A stretch of 64,000 nt of DNA from an uncultured Acidobacteriota bacterium (GTDB taxonomy: Bacteria > Acidobacteriota > Terriglobia > Bryobacterales > UBA6623), in contig CAWDWB010000007.1 of NCBI GenBank assembly GCA_963805925.1, positions 395,133 through 459,132 of the forward strand. Direction: 5' to 3'. Shown one piece after another: positions 36,002 to 43,004 of this stretch. Positions within the stretch are counted from its first letter, which is position 1, and each line of letters opens with the position of its first letter. Made by a program: the position numbers and the translations under genes. The notes beneath the pieces were generated by a model. That model saw nothing but the letters and a program-made list of their open reading frames with translations, was not told where the DNA came from and made no database searches.

Positions 36002-36874
36002 CTATCTCGGCGCACAGGCTTGGTAGTCGAAGAGGTCGCGGGGGCCGACAAGTTCGATGCCGAGGTCGTTGATGAGGCGGCGGATCTCGGGGTCGGTCCA
36101 CAGGGCTAGGACGGAGCTGCGTTGACGGGCCCAGCGTTCGCCGGAGGTGGTGTCGACGGCGCGGAGTTCAGGGGTGTCGACGGCGGGGTGGGCGACGTAC
36201 ATCCAAAGGCCCGGGGTGAGCTTGCGCAGTTCGGCTTCGAGCAGGCGGCGGCCTTCTTCGGGGGTTCGCTGGTCCCAGGCGAGGCTGATGTTCTGCATGC
36301 CGGCGAAGGACTCGGCGCCGGCGACAGGGATGCAGCTCTCGGCGGCGAGTTTCAGGGTAATGGGCAGCATGTCTTCGCGGCAGGCCATACCCATGTGGCA
36401 ATCGACGTAGGCGACCTGGACGCCGTAGGCCTTGGCGCGGGCGATTTGGGCGCGGAATTCCTTTTCGACTTCGGAGAGGTTGGGCAAGTGGGTCGCTCGC
36501 AGTCCGGCTGGATCGGCCGGACCGGGACGATAACCGGAAGTATGCAGATAGCCGTCGGTGGCCACAAGCGAAGGAACTTCGCTGATCGGGGAGATAGGCC
36601 GCCAACGCAGCACATTCCATTCGCTGGTGATGGTCAGGTGGACGCCGAAGTTCCAGTCAGGATGGGCCATGGCCATAGAGGCGGATTCGCTGAACCAGGG
36701 GCCGGGAACGAGCAGGCTTGCGGAAGACATGAAGCCTTCGTCGAAGGCCTTTCCCATGGCCATATTCGAAGCGTGGGTGTAGCCGAAGTCGTCGCCGCGC
36801 AGCCACAGACGAATCTTGCCTTCTTGAGCCGGGAGTGCCGAACAGAGGAAAAAGAGCAGAATGAGGGCGCGCAT
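36002..36874 (-). CDS. ChbG/HpnK (YdjC) family carbohydrate deacetylase, secreted
   Basis: The real start is the ATG at 36874 (MRALILLFFLCSALPAQ, signal peptide). ..LRGDDFGYTHASN.. and ..VYVDCHMG.. fit the YdjC-family D-D/H metal-site motifs. The 424-aa ORF-track version is an upstream read-through. Confidence 0.7.
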   Translation of the reverse strand: MRALILLFFLCSALPAQEGKIRLWLRGDDFGYTHASNMAMGKAFDEGFMSSASLLVPGPWFSESASMAMAHPDWNFGVHLTITSEWNVLRWRPISPISEVPSLVATDGYLHTSGYRPGPADPAGLRATHLPNLSEVEKEFRAQIARAKAYGVQVAYVDCHMGMACREDMLPITLKLAAESCIPVAGAESFAGMQNISLAWDQRTPEEGRRLLEAELRKLTPGLWMYVAHPAVDTPELRAVDTTSGERWARQRSSVLALWTDPEIRRLINDLGIELVGPRDLFDYQACAPR

Positions 36875-36887
36875 AGCGCCCGCTAGC

Positions 36888-38069
36888 TTAGCGCACGGCG
36901 GCGGGTTCGCCGACCTTGCTGTAACCCATCTGTTCGAGCAGTCTGGAGATGTCTTCGTCGAGCACGCCCTTGCGGGTGTCGGCCATGGTGGTGAAGGCCT
37001 CGTAGACCTTGCTGGTATCGTCCGCGCCGAGATCGCCGTAGCCGAGGTCGACAATGCGTTGGTGCAGGGCGTGGCGGCCGGAGTGCTTGCCGAGGACCAG
37101 GCTGGTGGCGGGTACGCCGACCGAGGCGGGCTCCATGATTTCGTAGGTGGAGCGGTGCTTGAGGTAGCCGTCCTGGTGGATGCCGGCCTCGTGGGCGAAG
37201 GCGTTGCGGCCGACGATGGCCTTGTTGGGTTGCGGACCGAAGGTGATGACTGATGCGAGCGCTTGGCTCGCGGCATAAAGGCCTTCGGTGCGGATGTTGG
37301 TGTGGAAGGGTAGGCGGTCCTTACGGACGTTCATGATGACCGCGACTTCTTCGAGAGCGCAGTTGCCGGCGCGTTCGCCGATGCCGTTCATGGCACATTC
37401 GATCTGCCGCGCGCCGGCATGCAGAGCGGCCAGGGCGTTGGCGGTGGCTAGACCGAGGTCGTCGTGCGTGTGGACGCTGACGATGGCCCGATCGCCGACT
37501 TCGTCGACGATGGCCCCGATGATCTCGGCGTAGTGCTCGGGCGTGCAGTAGCCGACGGTGTCGGGGATGTTGATTGTCGTGGCCCCGGCGTCGACGCAGG
37601 CTTTGGATATGCGCCGCAGGTAGCCGATTTCGGTGCGCGAGCCGTCTTCGGCGGACCACTCGACGTCGTCGACGTACTTCTTGGCAAGTTCCACGCCGCG
37701 GACGGCTTGTTCGAGGATCTCGTCCTGCGTCTTGTTGAACTTGTACTTGAGATGGATTTCGCTGGTGGCGATGAAGCAGTGGATGCGGGGATTCTTGACG
37801 CCCTCGAGAGACTTGGCGGCGCGCTCGATGTCTTTTTGTACGGTGCGGGCGAGCGCTGCTACGCGTACCTCGGGGAACTCGGCGCCGACCTTGCGGACGG
37901 CCTCGAAGTCGCCGTCGGAGGCGATGGGGAAGCCAGCTTCGAGGATATCGACGCCCAAATCAACGAGCGTGCGGGCCACCAGCAGCTTTTCGGCGGTGTT
38001 CATGGAGCAGCCGGGGGACTGCTCGCCGTCGCGCAAGGTAGTGTCGAAGATGTAAACACGGTCGGACAT
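36888..38069 (-). CDS. 2-isopropylmalate synthase / homocitrate synthase family enzyme, short form (393 aa) lacking the LeuA C-terminal regulatory domain
   Basis: The real start is the ATG at 38069: MSDRVYIFDTTLRDGEQSPG..HCFIATSEIH..SVHTHDDLGLATANALAA..ECAMNGIGERAGN..AHEAGIHQDG..LGKHSGRHA... The protein ends about 40 aa after the catalytic and subdomain region. Confidence 0.85.
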   Translation of the reverse strand: MSDRVYIFDTTLRDGEQSPGCSMNTAEKLLVARTLVDLGVDILEAGFPIASDGDFEAVRKVGAEFPEVRVAALARTVQKDIERAAKSLEGVKNPRIHCFIATSEIHLKYKFNKTQDEILEQAVRGVELAKKYVDDVEWSAEDGSRTEIGYLRRISKACVDAGATTINIPDTVGYCTPEHYAEIIGAIVDEVGDRAIVSVHTHDDLGLATANALAALHAGARQIECAMNGIGERAGNCALEEVAVIMNVRKDRLPFHTNIRTEGLYAASQALASVITFGPQPNKAIVGRNAFAHEAGIHQDGYLKHRSTYEIMEPASVGVPATSLVLGKHSGRHALHQRIVDLGYGDLGADDTSKVYEAFTTMADTRKGVLDEDISRLLEQMGYSKVGEPAAVR

Positions 38070-38107
38070 AGGCTTATGCGCCTCAGTAGACCAGGCCGCG
38101 ACGCATA

Positions 38108-38137
38108 ATGCAAATTTATTGTTGTTGGGGTTTGCAT
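38108..38137. promoter_or_regulatory. AT-rich dyad ATGCAAA-N16-TTTGCAT (candidate LysR-type operator) in the divergent leuA-like/LysR intergenic region
   Basis: Arms at 38108-38114 and 38131-38137 are exact reverse complements. The flanking GCATAA/TTATGC half-sites are at about 38075, 38103 and 38134. The region is conspicuously AT-rich for this genome. Confidence 0.3.
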
Positions 38138-38163
38138 AAGTAGAGATAATCATTGAGGCCGAT

Positions 38164-39045
38164 ATGGATCTAGCACTCCTCGATACGTTCCGCATGATTG
38201 CCCGCGAAGGCAGCTTTTCGAGGGCGGGGCAGAAGCTGTTGCGCACCCAGCCGGCGATCTCGCTGGCGCTGAAGCGGCTGGAGACGGACCTGGGAGTGCG
38301 GCTGATCGACCGTTCATCGAAGCAGCTAATGCTGACTGATGCGGGCCGGTTGGTGCTGGAGTACTGCGACCGGTTTGACGGGTTGGAGAGCGAACTGCGG
38401 GTCGTGTTGGGGGAATTACAGGACCTCAAGGCCGGCAAGCTGACGATTGGGGTGAACGAATCGGCGGCGTTGTATTTGCTGAAGCATGTCACAGCGTTTC
38501 GCCGCCGGCACCCGAAGATGAAGGTGGAGTTGCGGCGGAGCTTGTCGAGCCAGATTCCGGATGAGCTGATGCGGGGTTCGCTGGAGATGGGAGCGATCAG
38601 CTATGACCCAGGCGACGCTCGGTTGAAGCTGGTAGACATCTACACCGATTCACTCGTGTTTATCGTGTCGCCGGAGCATCGGCTGGCGCGGCGCAAGAAG
38701 GTGGGCATCCAGGAATTGGGCGACGAGGTGTTTATCGCTCACAACGTGGTGTCGCCCTACAGGCGTTCGCTGGTGGAGACGTTCCAGCGCCATCACGTAC
38801 CGCTGAATATTGAGATTGAGCTGCCGACGATCGACACGATCCGGCTGGTTGTCCGCGAGAATTTGGGGGTGACCTTCATCCCACGAATGTGCGTGGAGAA
38901 CGAGTTGGCGTCACGGGAGCTGAAAATGATTCCAGTCGAGGAAGTCCAGATGGAACGCAAGGTGCGGCTGGTTTATCCGGCGCAACGGCAACTGTCGCAC
39001 GCGGCGCAGGCGTTTCTGGAAATGATGGGCAAGACCGAGAACTAG
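38164..39045 (+). CDS. LysR family transcriptional regulator
   Basis: N-terminal wHTH (..FRMIAREGSFSRAGQKLLRTQPAISLALKRLETDLGVRLIDR..) plus a LysR substrate-binding domain. Divergent from the leuA-like gene. Confidence 0.9.
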   Translation: MDLALLDTFRMIAREGSFSRAGQKLLRTQPAISLALKRLETDLGVRLIDRSSKQLMLTDAGRLVLEYCDRFDGLESELRVVLGELQDLKAGKLTIGVNESAALYLLKHVTAFRRRHPKMKVELRRSLSSQIPDELMRGSLEMGAISYDPGDARLKLVDIYTDSLVFIVSPEHRLARRKKVGIQELGDEVFIAHNVVSPYRRSLVETFQRHHVPLNIEIELPTIDTIRLVVRENLGVTFIPRMCVENELASRELKMIPVEEVQMERKVRLVYPAQRQLSHAAQAFLEMMGKTEN

Positions 39046-39563
39046 AGCAGCGAACGCAGATAGTTGACGATCTCGGGACGCATCCAGTTTTCGGCGCCGA
39101 TGTACTTGCGAACGACGCGGCCGTCGCGGTCGATCAGGTAGGTCTCGGGGTACATGTTGGTCCCATAGAGGCTGGCGACGGTCATTTCCGGGTCGCGCAC
39201 GGTCGGGAAGGTGACGTTGTAGCGGGTGAGAAACTGCTCGTAGGCCTCTTTGTTTTCGTCGACGCTAACGCCGAGGACGACCAGGCCATTCGATTCCAAC
39301 TCCTGGTGCAAGGTGTTAAGTGACGGCAGTTCCTGAATGCAGGGAGGGCACCAAGTCGCCCAAAAGTTCAATAGAACGTACTTGCCGCGGTAGTCTTCCA
39401 GGCGCGCGCCCGAGCCGTTGTCGCCGGCGAGTTCGAAGCTCGGCGCACGGTCGCCGGCATCGACCTTATAGACCCGCAGATAAGGGGACACCCGCCACAT
39501 CAAAACCCCTGCAAGTAAAAGAGTTAGGCCGAATGAAACGGCGGATTTTCGGCTTAGTGCCAT
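39042..39563 (-). CDS. TlpA/ResA-like thiol-disulfide oxidoreductase (redoxin), membrane-anchored
   Basis: N-terminal TM, then ..VLLNFWATWCPPCIQELPSL.. (CxxC thioredoxin fold). Confidence 0.85.
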   Translation of the reverse strand: MALSRKSAVSFGLTLLLAGVLMWRVSPYLRVYKVDAGDRAPSFELAGDNGSGARLEDYRGKYVLLNFWATWCPPCIQELPSLNTLHQELESNGLVVLGVSVDENKEAYEQFLTRYNVTFPTVRDPEMTVASLYGTNMYPETYLIDRDGRVVRKYIGAENWMRPEIVNYLRSLL

Positions 39564-39610
39564 AATGAAGCTTCGTCCTCAATCTAGCCCTTAGAGGCCG
39601 TCCGCCGCAA

Positions 39611-40036
39611 ATGGTCCTGATCACGCGCAAGGCAGAATTTTCCGCATCGCACCGCTTGGCCAACCCGAACTGGTCCGACGAAAAGAACGCGGAAGTGTTC
39701 GGCCTCGAGAGCCAAACGCACGGGCACAACTACGTGCTTGAAGTGACTGTCGCCGGCGATGTGGACCCGGTTAACGGGATGATCATGGATTTGAAAGAGC
39801 TCAAGGATATGATCACCAAAGAGATCGTCGAGCCTTGGGACCACCGGCACCTCAATCATGAGGCGCCGCCGTTCGATCAGGTGATCCCTACGGTTGAAAA
39901 TTTGGCAAAAGAAACCTGGAAGCGTCTGGAGCCGGCGATTCGCGGCGAGGGACGGCGCCTCTATTCGATCCGGCTGTACGAAACGGCCGACCTCTACGTG
40001 GATTACGCGGGACCCGAAGCCGCGCAGGCCGCCTAG
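39611..40036 (+). CDS. 6-pyruvoyl-tetrahydropterin synthase family protein, Glu-type active site (PTPS-III-like candidate)
   Basis: ..AEFSASHRL..FGLESQTHGHNYVLEVTV..MIMDLKELK..DHRHLN... Glu33 (39707-39709) occupies the position of the catalytic Cys. Confidence 0.85.
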   Translation: MVLITRKAEFSASHRLANPNWSDEKNAEVFGLESQTHGHNYVLEVTVAGDVDPVNGMIMDLKELKDMITKEIVEPWDHRHLNHEAPPFDQVIPTVENLAKETWKRLEPAIRGEGRRLYSIRLYETADLYVDYAGPEAAQAA

Positions 40037-40044
40037 GCCCGGGG

Positions 40045-40482
40045 TTGCCTGCCGTGATGGAGCTGACTCGCGTTTATCCTTTCAGTGCGTCCCACCGGCT
40101 GCATGTGGATTCGTTGTCGGAAGAAGAGAATCAGCGCCTGTTTGGCAAGTGCAATAACCCCTACGGCCACGGACACAATTATGTGCTGCACGTCACGGTG
40201 GGGGGCGAAGCGGCGGCGGACTCGGGAATGATCGTAGATCGCGAAGCGGTCGATCGCGTCGTCAACGAGGCGGTATTGCCGCGGATTGACCGCAAGGACA
40301 TGAACGCTGCTGTCCAGGAATTTGCGAATTTGACGCCGACGACGGAAAATTTGGCGAGAGTGATCGGCGGTTGGCTGAGCGCAGCCTGGCCGCAACATTT
40401 TCCCGCCGGAGAGCCCAGCCTGCGGAAGATCCTCTTGCAGGAGACAGGGCGCAATACGTTTGAGCTAAGGATGGGTCTCTAA
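40045..40482 (+). CDS. 6-pyruvoyl-tetrahydropterin / 6-carboxytetrahydropterin synthase family protein, Cys-type (QueD/PTPS-I/II-like)
   Basis: ..[37 protein letters not shown].. with the catalytic Cys (40150-40152). The start could be the TTG at 40045 or the ATG at 40057. Confidence 0.85.
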   Translation: MPAVMELTRVYPFSASHRLHVDSLSEEENQRLFGKCNNPYGHGHNYVLHVTVGGEAAADSGMIVDREAVDRVVNEAVLPRIDRKDMNAAVQEFANLTPTTENLARVIGGWLSAAWPQHFPAGEPSLRKILLQETGRNTFELRMGL

Positions 40483-40484
40483 AA

Positions 40485-41114
40485 ATGGCGCTACACCATC
40501 TACCGGATGACCTCCATCCGACCCCGCCCCAAGGGGGCGGCCCGGATAATACGCGTTTGGAGGAACTGGTCCACGAATTATTGGGACAGATCGGCGAGGA
40601 CCCCGCGCGCGACGGGCTTGTCAGCACGCCGCGAAGAGTGGCGACGGCCTGGCGCGACCTGACCGCCGGCTACGACATGAACGTCGACGAGTTGCTCAAC
40701 GATGCGCTCTTCGACGTCGCGTATGACGAAATGGTGATCGTCAAGGACATCGAGATCTTCTCATTGTGCGAACACCATCTGCTGCCGTTCTTCGGCAAGA
40801 TGCACATCGCATACATTCCGCGAAACAAAGTGATCGGGCTGAGCAAGGTGGCCCGCGTGGCGGATATGTTTGCCAAGCGATTGCAGGTGCAGGAGCGGCT
40901 GACGCATCAGGTCGCCGAGACGATCCAGAAGGCGGTCGATCCGATCGGCGTGGGCGTGGTGTGCGAGGCGCGGCACCTGTGCATGATGATGCGTGGCGTG
41001 GAAAAGCAGCACTCGGCGACGATCACCAGCTCGATGTTGGGTGATTTTCGTGACAATCCGGCTACGCGCAAAGAGTTCTTGAGCCTGGTGGGCAGCCGTT
41101 CGAACGGCGCCTAG
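40485..41114 (+). CDS. folE: GTP cyclohydrolase I (FolE, type IA)
   Basis: ..[67 protein letters not shown].. is the canonical FolE sequence. Confidence 0.95.
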   Translation: MALHHLPDDLHPTPPQGGGPDNTRLEELVHELLGQIGEDPARDGLVSTPRRVATAWRDLTAGYDMNVDELLNDALFDVAYDEMVIVKDIEIFSLCEHHLLPFFGKMHIAYIPRNKVIGLSKVARVADMFAKRLQVQERLTHQVAETIQKAVDPIGVGVVCEARHLCMMMRGVEKQHSATITSSMLGDFRDNPATRKEFLSLVGSRSNGA

Positions 41115-41117
41115 GCG

Positions 41118-42044
41118 TCAGACGGCCTTGTAGAAGGCGCCCTCGTAGACAACCGCATCGGAAGGTTTTTCCGAATCGTGCAAGACGGTGACCTGGTCGT
41201 TATTGCGACGACTGGGATTGCGCTCGGCGGCGCGTACGACGTGGTCGCTGCCGCCTACGCGATAGCGGGCCTGATAGGTGCGCGAACCGCCCCTGCGACG
41301 CAAAGCTTCAACGGTCCCCGCCACCGGCAACCCGGTGCGCACGAGGCGTTTGTGGCGACGGCGCTGAGCATCCACAAAGAGCAGCATGAGTGCGGCGACC
41401 ACTCCTCCGACGAGCAGCCCGCGTAGGGCGAAAGGGCTTTGGGTGAGTTCCGGAATGAACACGACAGGGGGCGACATCGGCAACAGCTTTAGTGCAAGCG
41501 CATCCTGGACCTGGTAACGGTCGTAAAGACGTTTCGTGACGGAAGTGGAGGCGCGCACTTCCGACCCCTTGGGGTATTCGAAGCTGTAGTAGAGGTAGTA
41601 GCGCGGTTCGCCGCGGCTATTCGTACGCTCGATCTTTTCGTAGATTTCGGCGACGGCGGAAACCCCTTGAGTCTCGATCAACGATTGGGAGGGGATCGGA
41701 GGATTGAGAGCGAGAACGCGGTCGGCCGCGAACCAGCCCAATGCCGCAAGCGAGATCAACCAAGCGGCGGCGATGACGTAGCCCAGCGGCCGCAGCCGCA
41801 CGGAGCGGGGCAGGGGCTGGCGCAGCGCCGGGTCGAGCTTCCAATCCGGGGCTTGCGGGGCAGATGCGGCTTGGTTGAGATTCCGGCTGGAGGCGCGGGT
41901 GATGAGCGCGGCCCCGGCCAATAGGCAGGCGACGCCGGCGGCGAGCGGCAGGCCGCCTTCGGGCAGCGACCAGACGACCAGCGCCAACCCGACGAGATCG
42001 AGGGCCGCACCTGCCGCGATCGAAGGATTGGTCAGAAGCTTCAC
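41118..42044 (-). CDS. Membrane protein with two DUF3592-like domains, hypothetical
   Basis: 308 aa. The pattern is TM pair, soluble beta-rich module, TM, second module (..TVEALRRRGGSRTYQARYRVGG..VTVLHDSEKPSDAVV..), as in DUF3592 proteins. Confidence 0.5.
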   Translation of the reverse strand: MKLLTNPSIAAGAALDLVGLALVVWSLPEGGLPLAAGVACLLAGAALITRASSRNLNQAASAPQAPDWKLDPALRQPLPRSVRLRPLGYVIAAAWLISLAALGWFAADRVLALNPPIPSQSLIETQGVSAVAEIYEKIERTNSRGEPRYYLYYSFEYPKGSEVRASTSVTKRLYDRYQVQDALALKLLPMSPPVVFIPELTQSPFALRGLLVGGVVAALMLLFVDAQRRRHKRLVRTGLPVAGTVEALRRRGGSRTYQARYRVGGSDHVVRAAERNPSRRNNDQVTVLHDSEKPSDAVVYEGAFYKAV

Positions 42045-42126
42045 ATTCGGTCCCTTGTGGTCCAGGGTAGCTCAGCGGCATTTCAGGGAGCGTGTGGGAT
42101 AATCCAGGCGGGCCGGAGCAGACACG

Positions 42127-42798
42127 ATGATGCACCGAATGATGCTGGCGTTCGTCCTAATTGGAGCAGCAGTTGGAGCCGACGCGCCTGTCTGGCGAAA
42201 GGCCGATCTAAAAGATGTGGCCTTCGAGTTTCGCTTGGTCCAGGACTTGGACGAGATCGAGGGGTTGCTGGGCGACAGGCTCGACGAAGATTTCACCCTG
42301 GTTGAAGTTCGTTTGCGGGCGCTGTACGGCACGAAGGTGAAGTTAGACCGCGAGTCTTTCATGCTTCGTTCGTTCAAAGGAAATGAAAGGTCAACGGCCC
42401 AGTCGCCTGACCGTATCGCGGGCTCGAACATCCTAACCTTACGGGAGGGCCGGGCCGGCGGCGGAATTTTTTCCGAGAGCACGGACGGAATTCCCGTGGG
42501 CGGCGTGCCCGGCACGACAGGCCAGCCGCGGCGGATCGGAAGCCAGATTCCCAACGTGGTGGGCGGTCCGGTGGGCGGCTCCCCGTCGTCTGTGGAGACG
42601 GCGCCGCAATTGCCTAAGCCCGAACAGGAGCAGACTTTACATGGGCGCTTGGAGCGTTTGGAGTTGCCTCTGGACGCCGGCGACGCTGACGTGAGCGGGT
42701 ATCTGTACTTCCAGGTGGACCCGAAACTGAACCGAAAACACATCAGCCTGAACTACGACGGACGGTACGGGCAGTTCCGGGTCGCGTTCGAGAAGTGA
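42127..42798 (+). CDS. Secreted hypothetical protein with a Gly/Pro-rich central insert
   Basis: 223-aa ORF with a signal peptide (MLAFVLIGAAVGADA). Coding-like codon usage. No family recognised. Confidence 0.5.
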   Translation: MMHRMMLAFVLIGAAVGADAPVWRKADLKDVAFEFRLVQDLDEIEGLLGDRLDEDFTLVEVRLRALYGTKVKLDRESFMLRSFKGNERSTAQSPDRIAGSNILTLREGRAGGGIFSESTDGIPVGGVPGTTGQPRRIGSQIPNVVGGPVGGSPSSVETAPQLPKPEQEQTLHGRLERLELPLDAGDADVSGYLYFQVDPKLNRKHISLNYDGRYGQFRVAFEK

Positions 42799-42866
42799 AG
42801 CCCTTGTGCAGAGACCCTTCGCAAAAGGGACGACTCATTCGATAGAATAGTCAATTGTGTTCTTGG

Positions 42867-42953
42867 GCCAAGGCATCCTGAGATGTCGGGGCTAAGGAAC
42901 GCCGTGAAACCGCCTAACGGGGCGGTGCGTAATATCCCCGAGACAGCCTTGGC
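42867..42953 (+). other. Candidate structured RNA element (nested ~87-nt hairpin) in the bamA leader
   Basis: Nested perfect helices: GCCAAGGC/GCCTTGGC (42867-74 / 42946-53), TCGGGG/CCCCGA (42886-91 / 42936-41), ACGC/GCGT (42899-902 / 42927-30), ACCGCC/GGCGGT (42909-14 / 42921-26) with loop TAACGG. It ends 52 nt before the bamA start. Confidence 0.3.
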
Positions 42954-43004
42954 ATACGACCTTCATCCGGCGAACCGCCGCAAGATCAAACAGAGGATGC
43001 GCAG

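Noticed and set aside
36875-38492. Long N-terminal extensions in the ORF track (424-aa version of the YdjC gene; 534-aa version of the leuA-like gene)
   Set aside because: The extensions are Ser/Pro/Thr/Arg-rich, overlap the neighbouring genes, and precede obvious native N-termini: signal peptide MRALILLFF at 36874, and MSDRVYIFDTTLRDGEQ at 38069. They are treated as upstream read-through, not coding sequence.
39564-39610. Possible preQ1 or other riboswitch upstream of the PTPS/QueD-folE genes
   Set aside because: Only 47 nt are available, and they contain no preQ1-type hairpin or A-rich tail pattern that I recognise.
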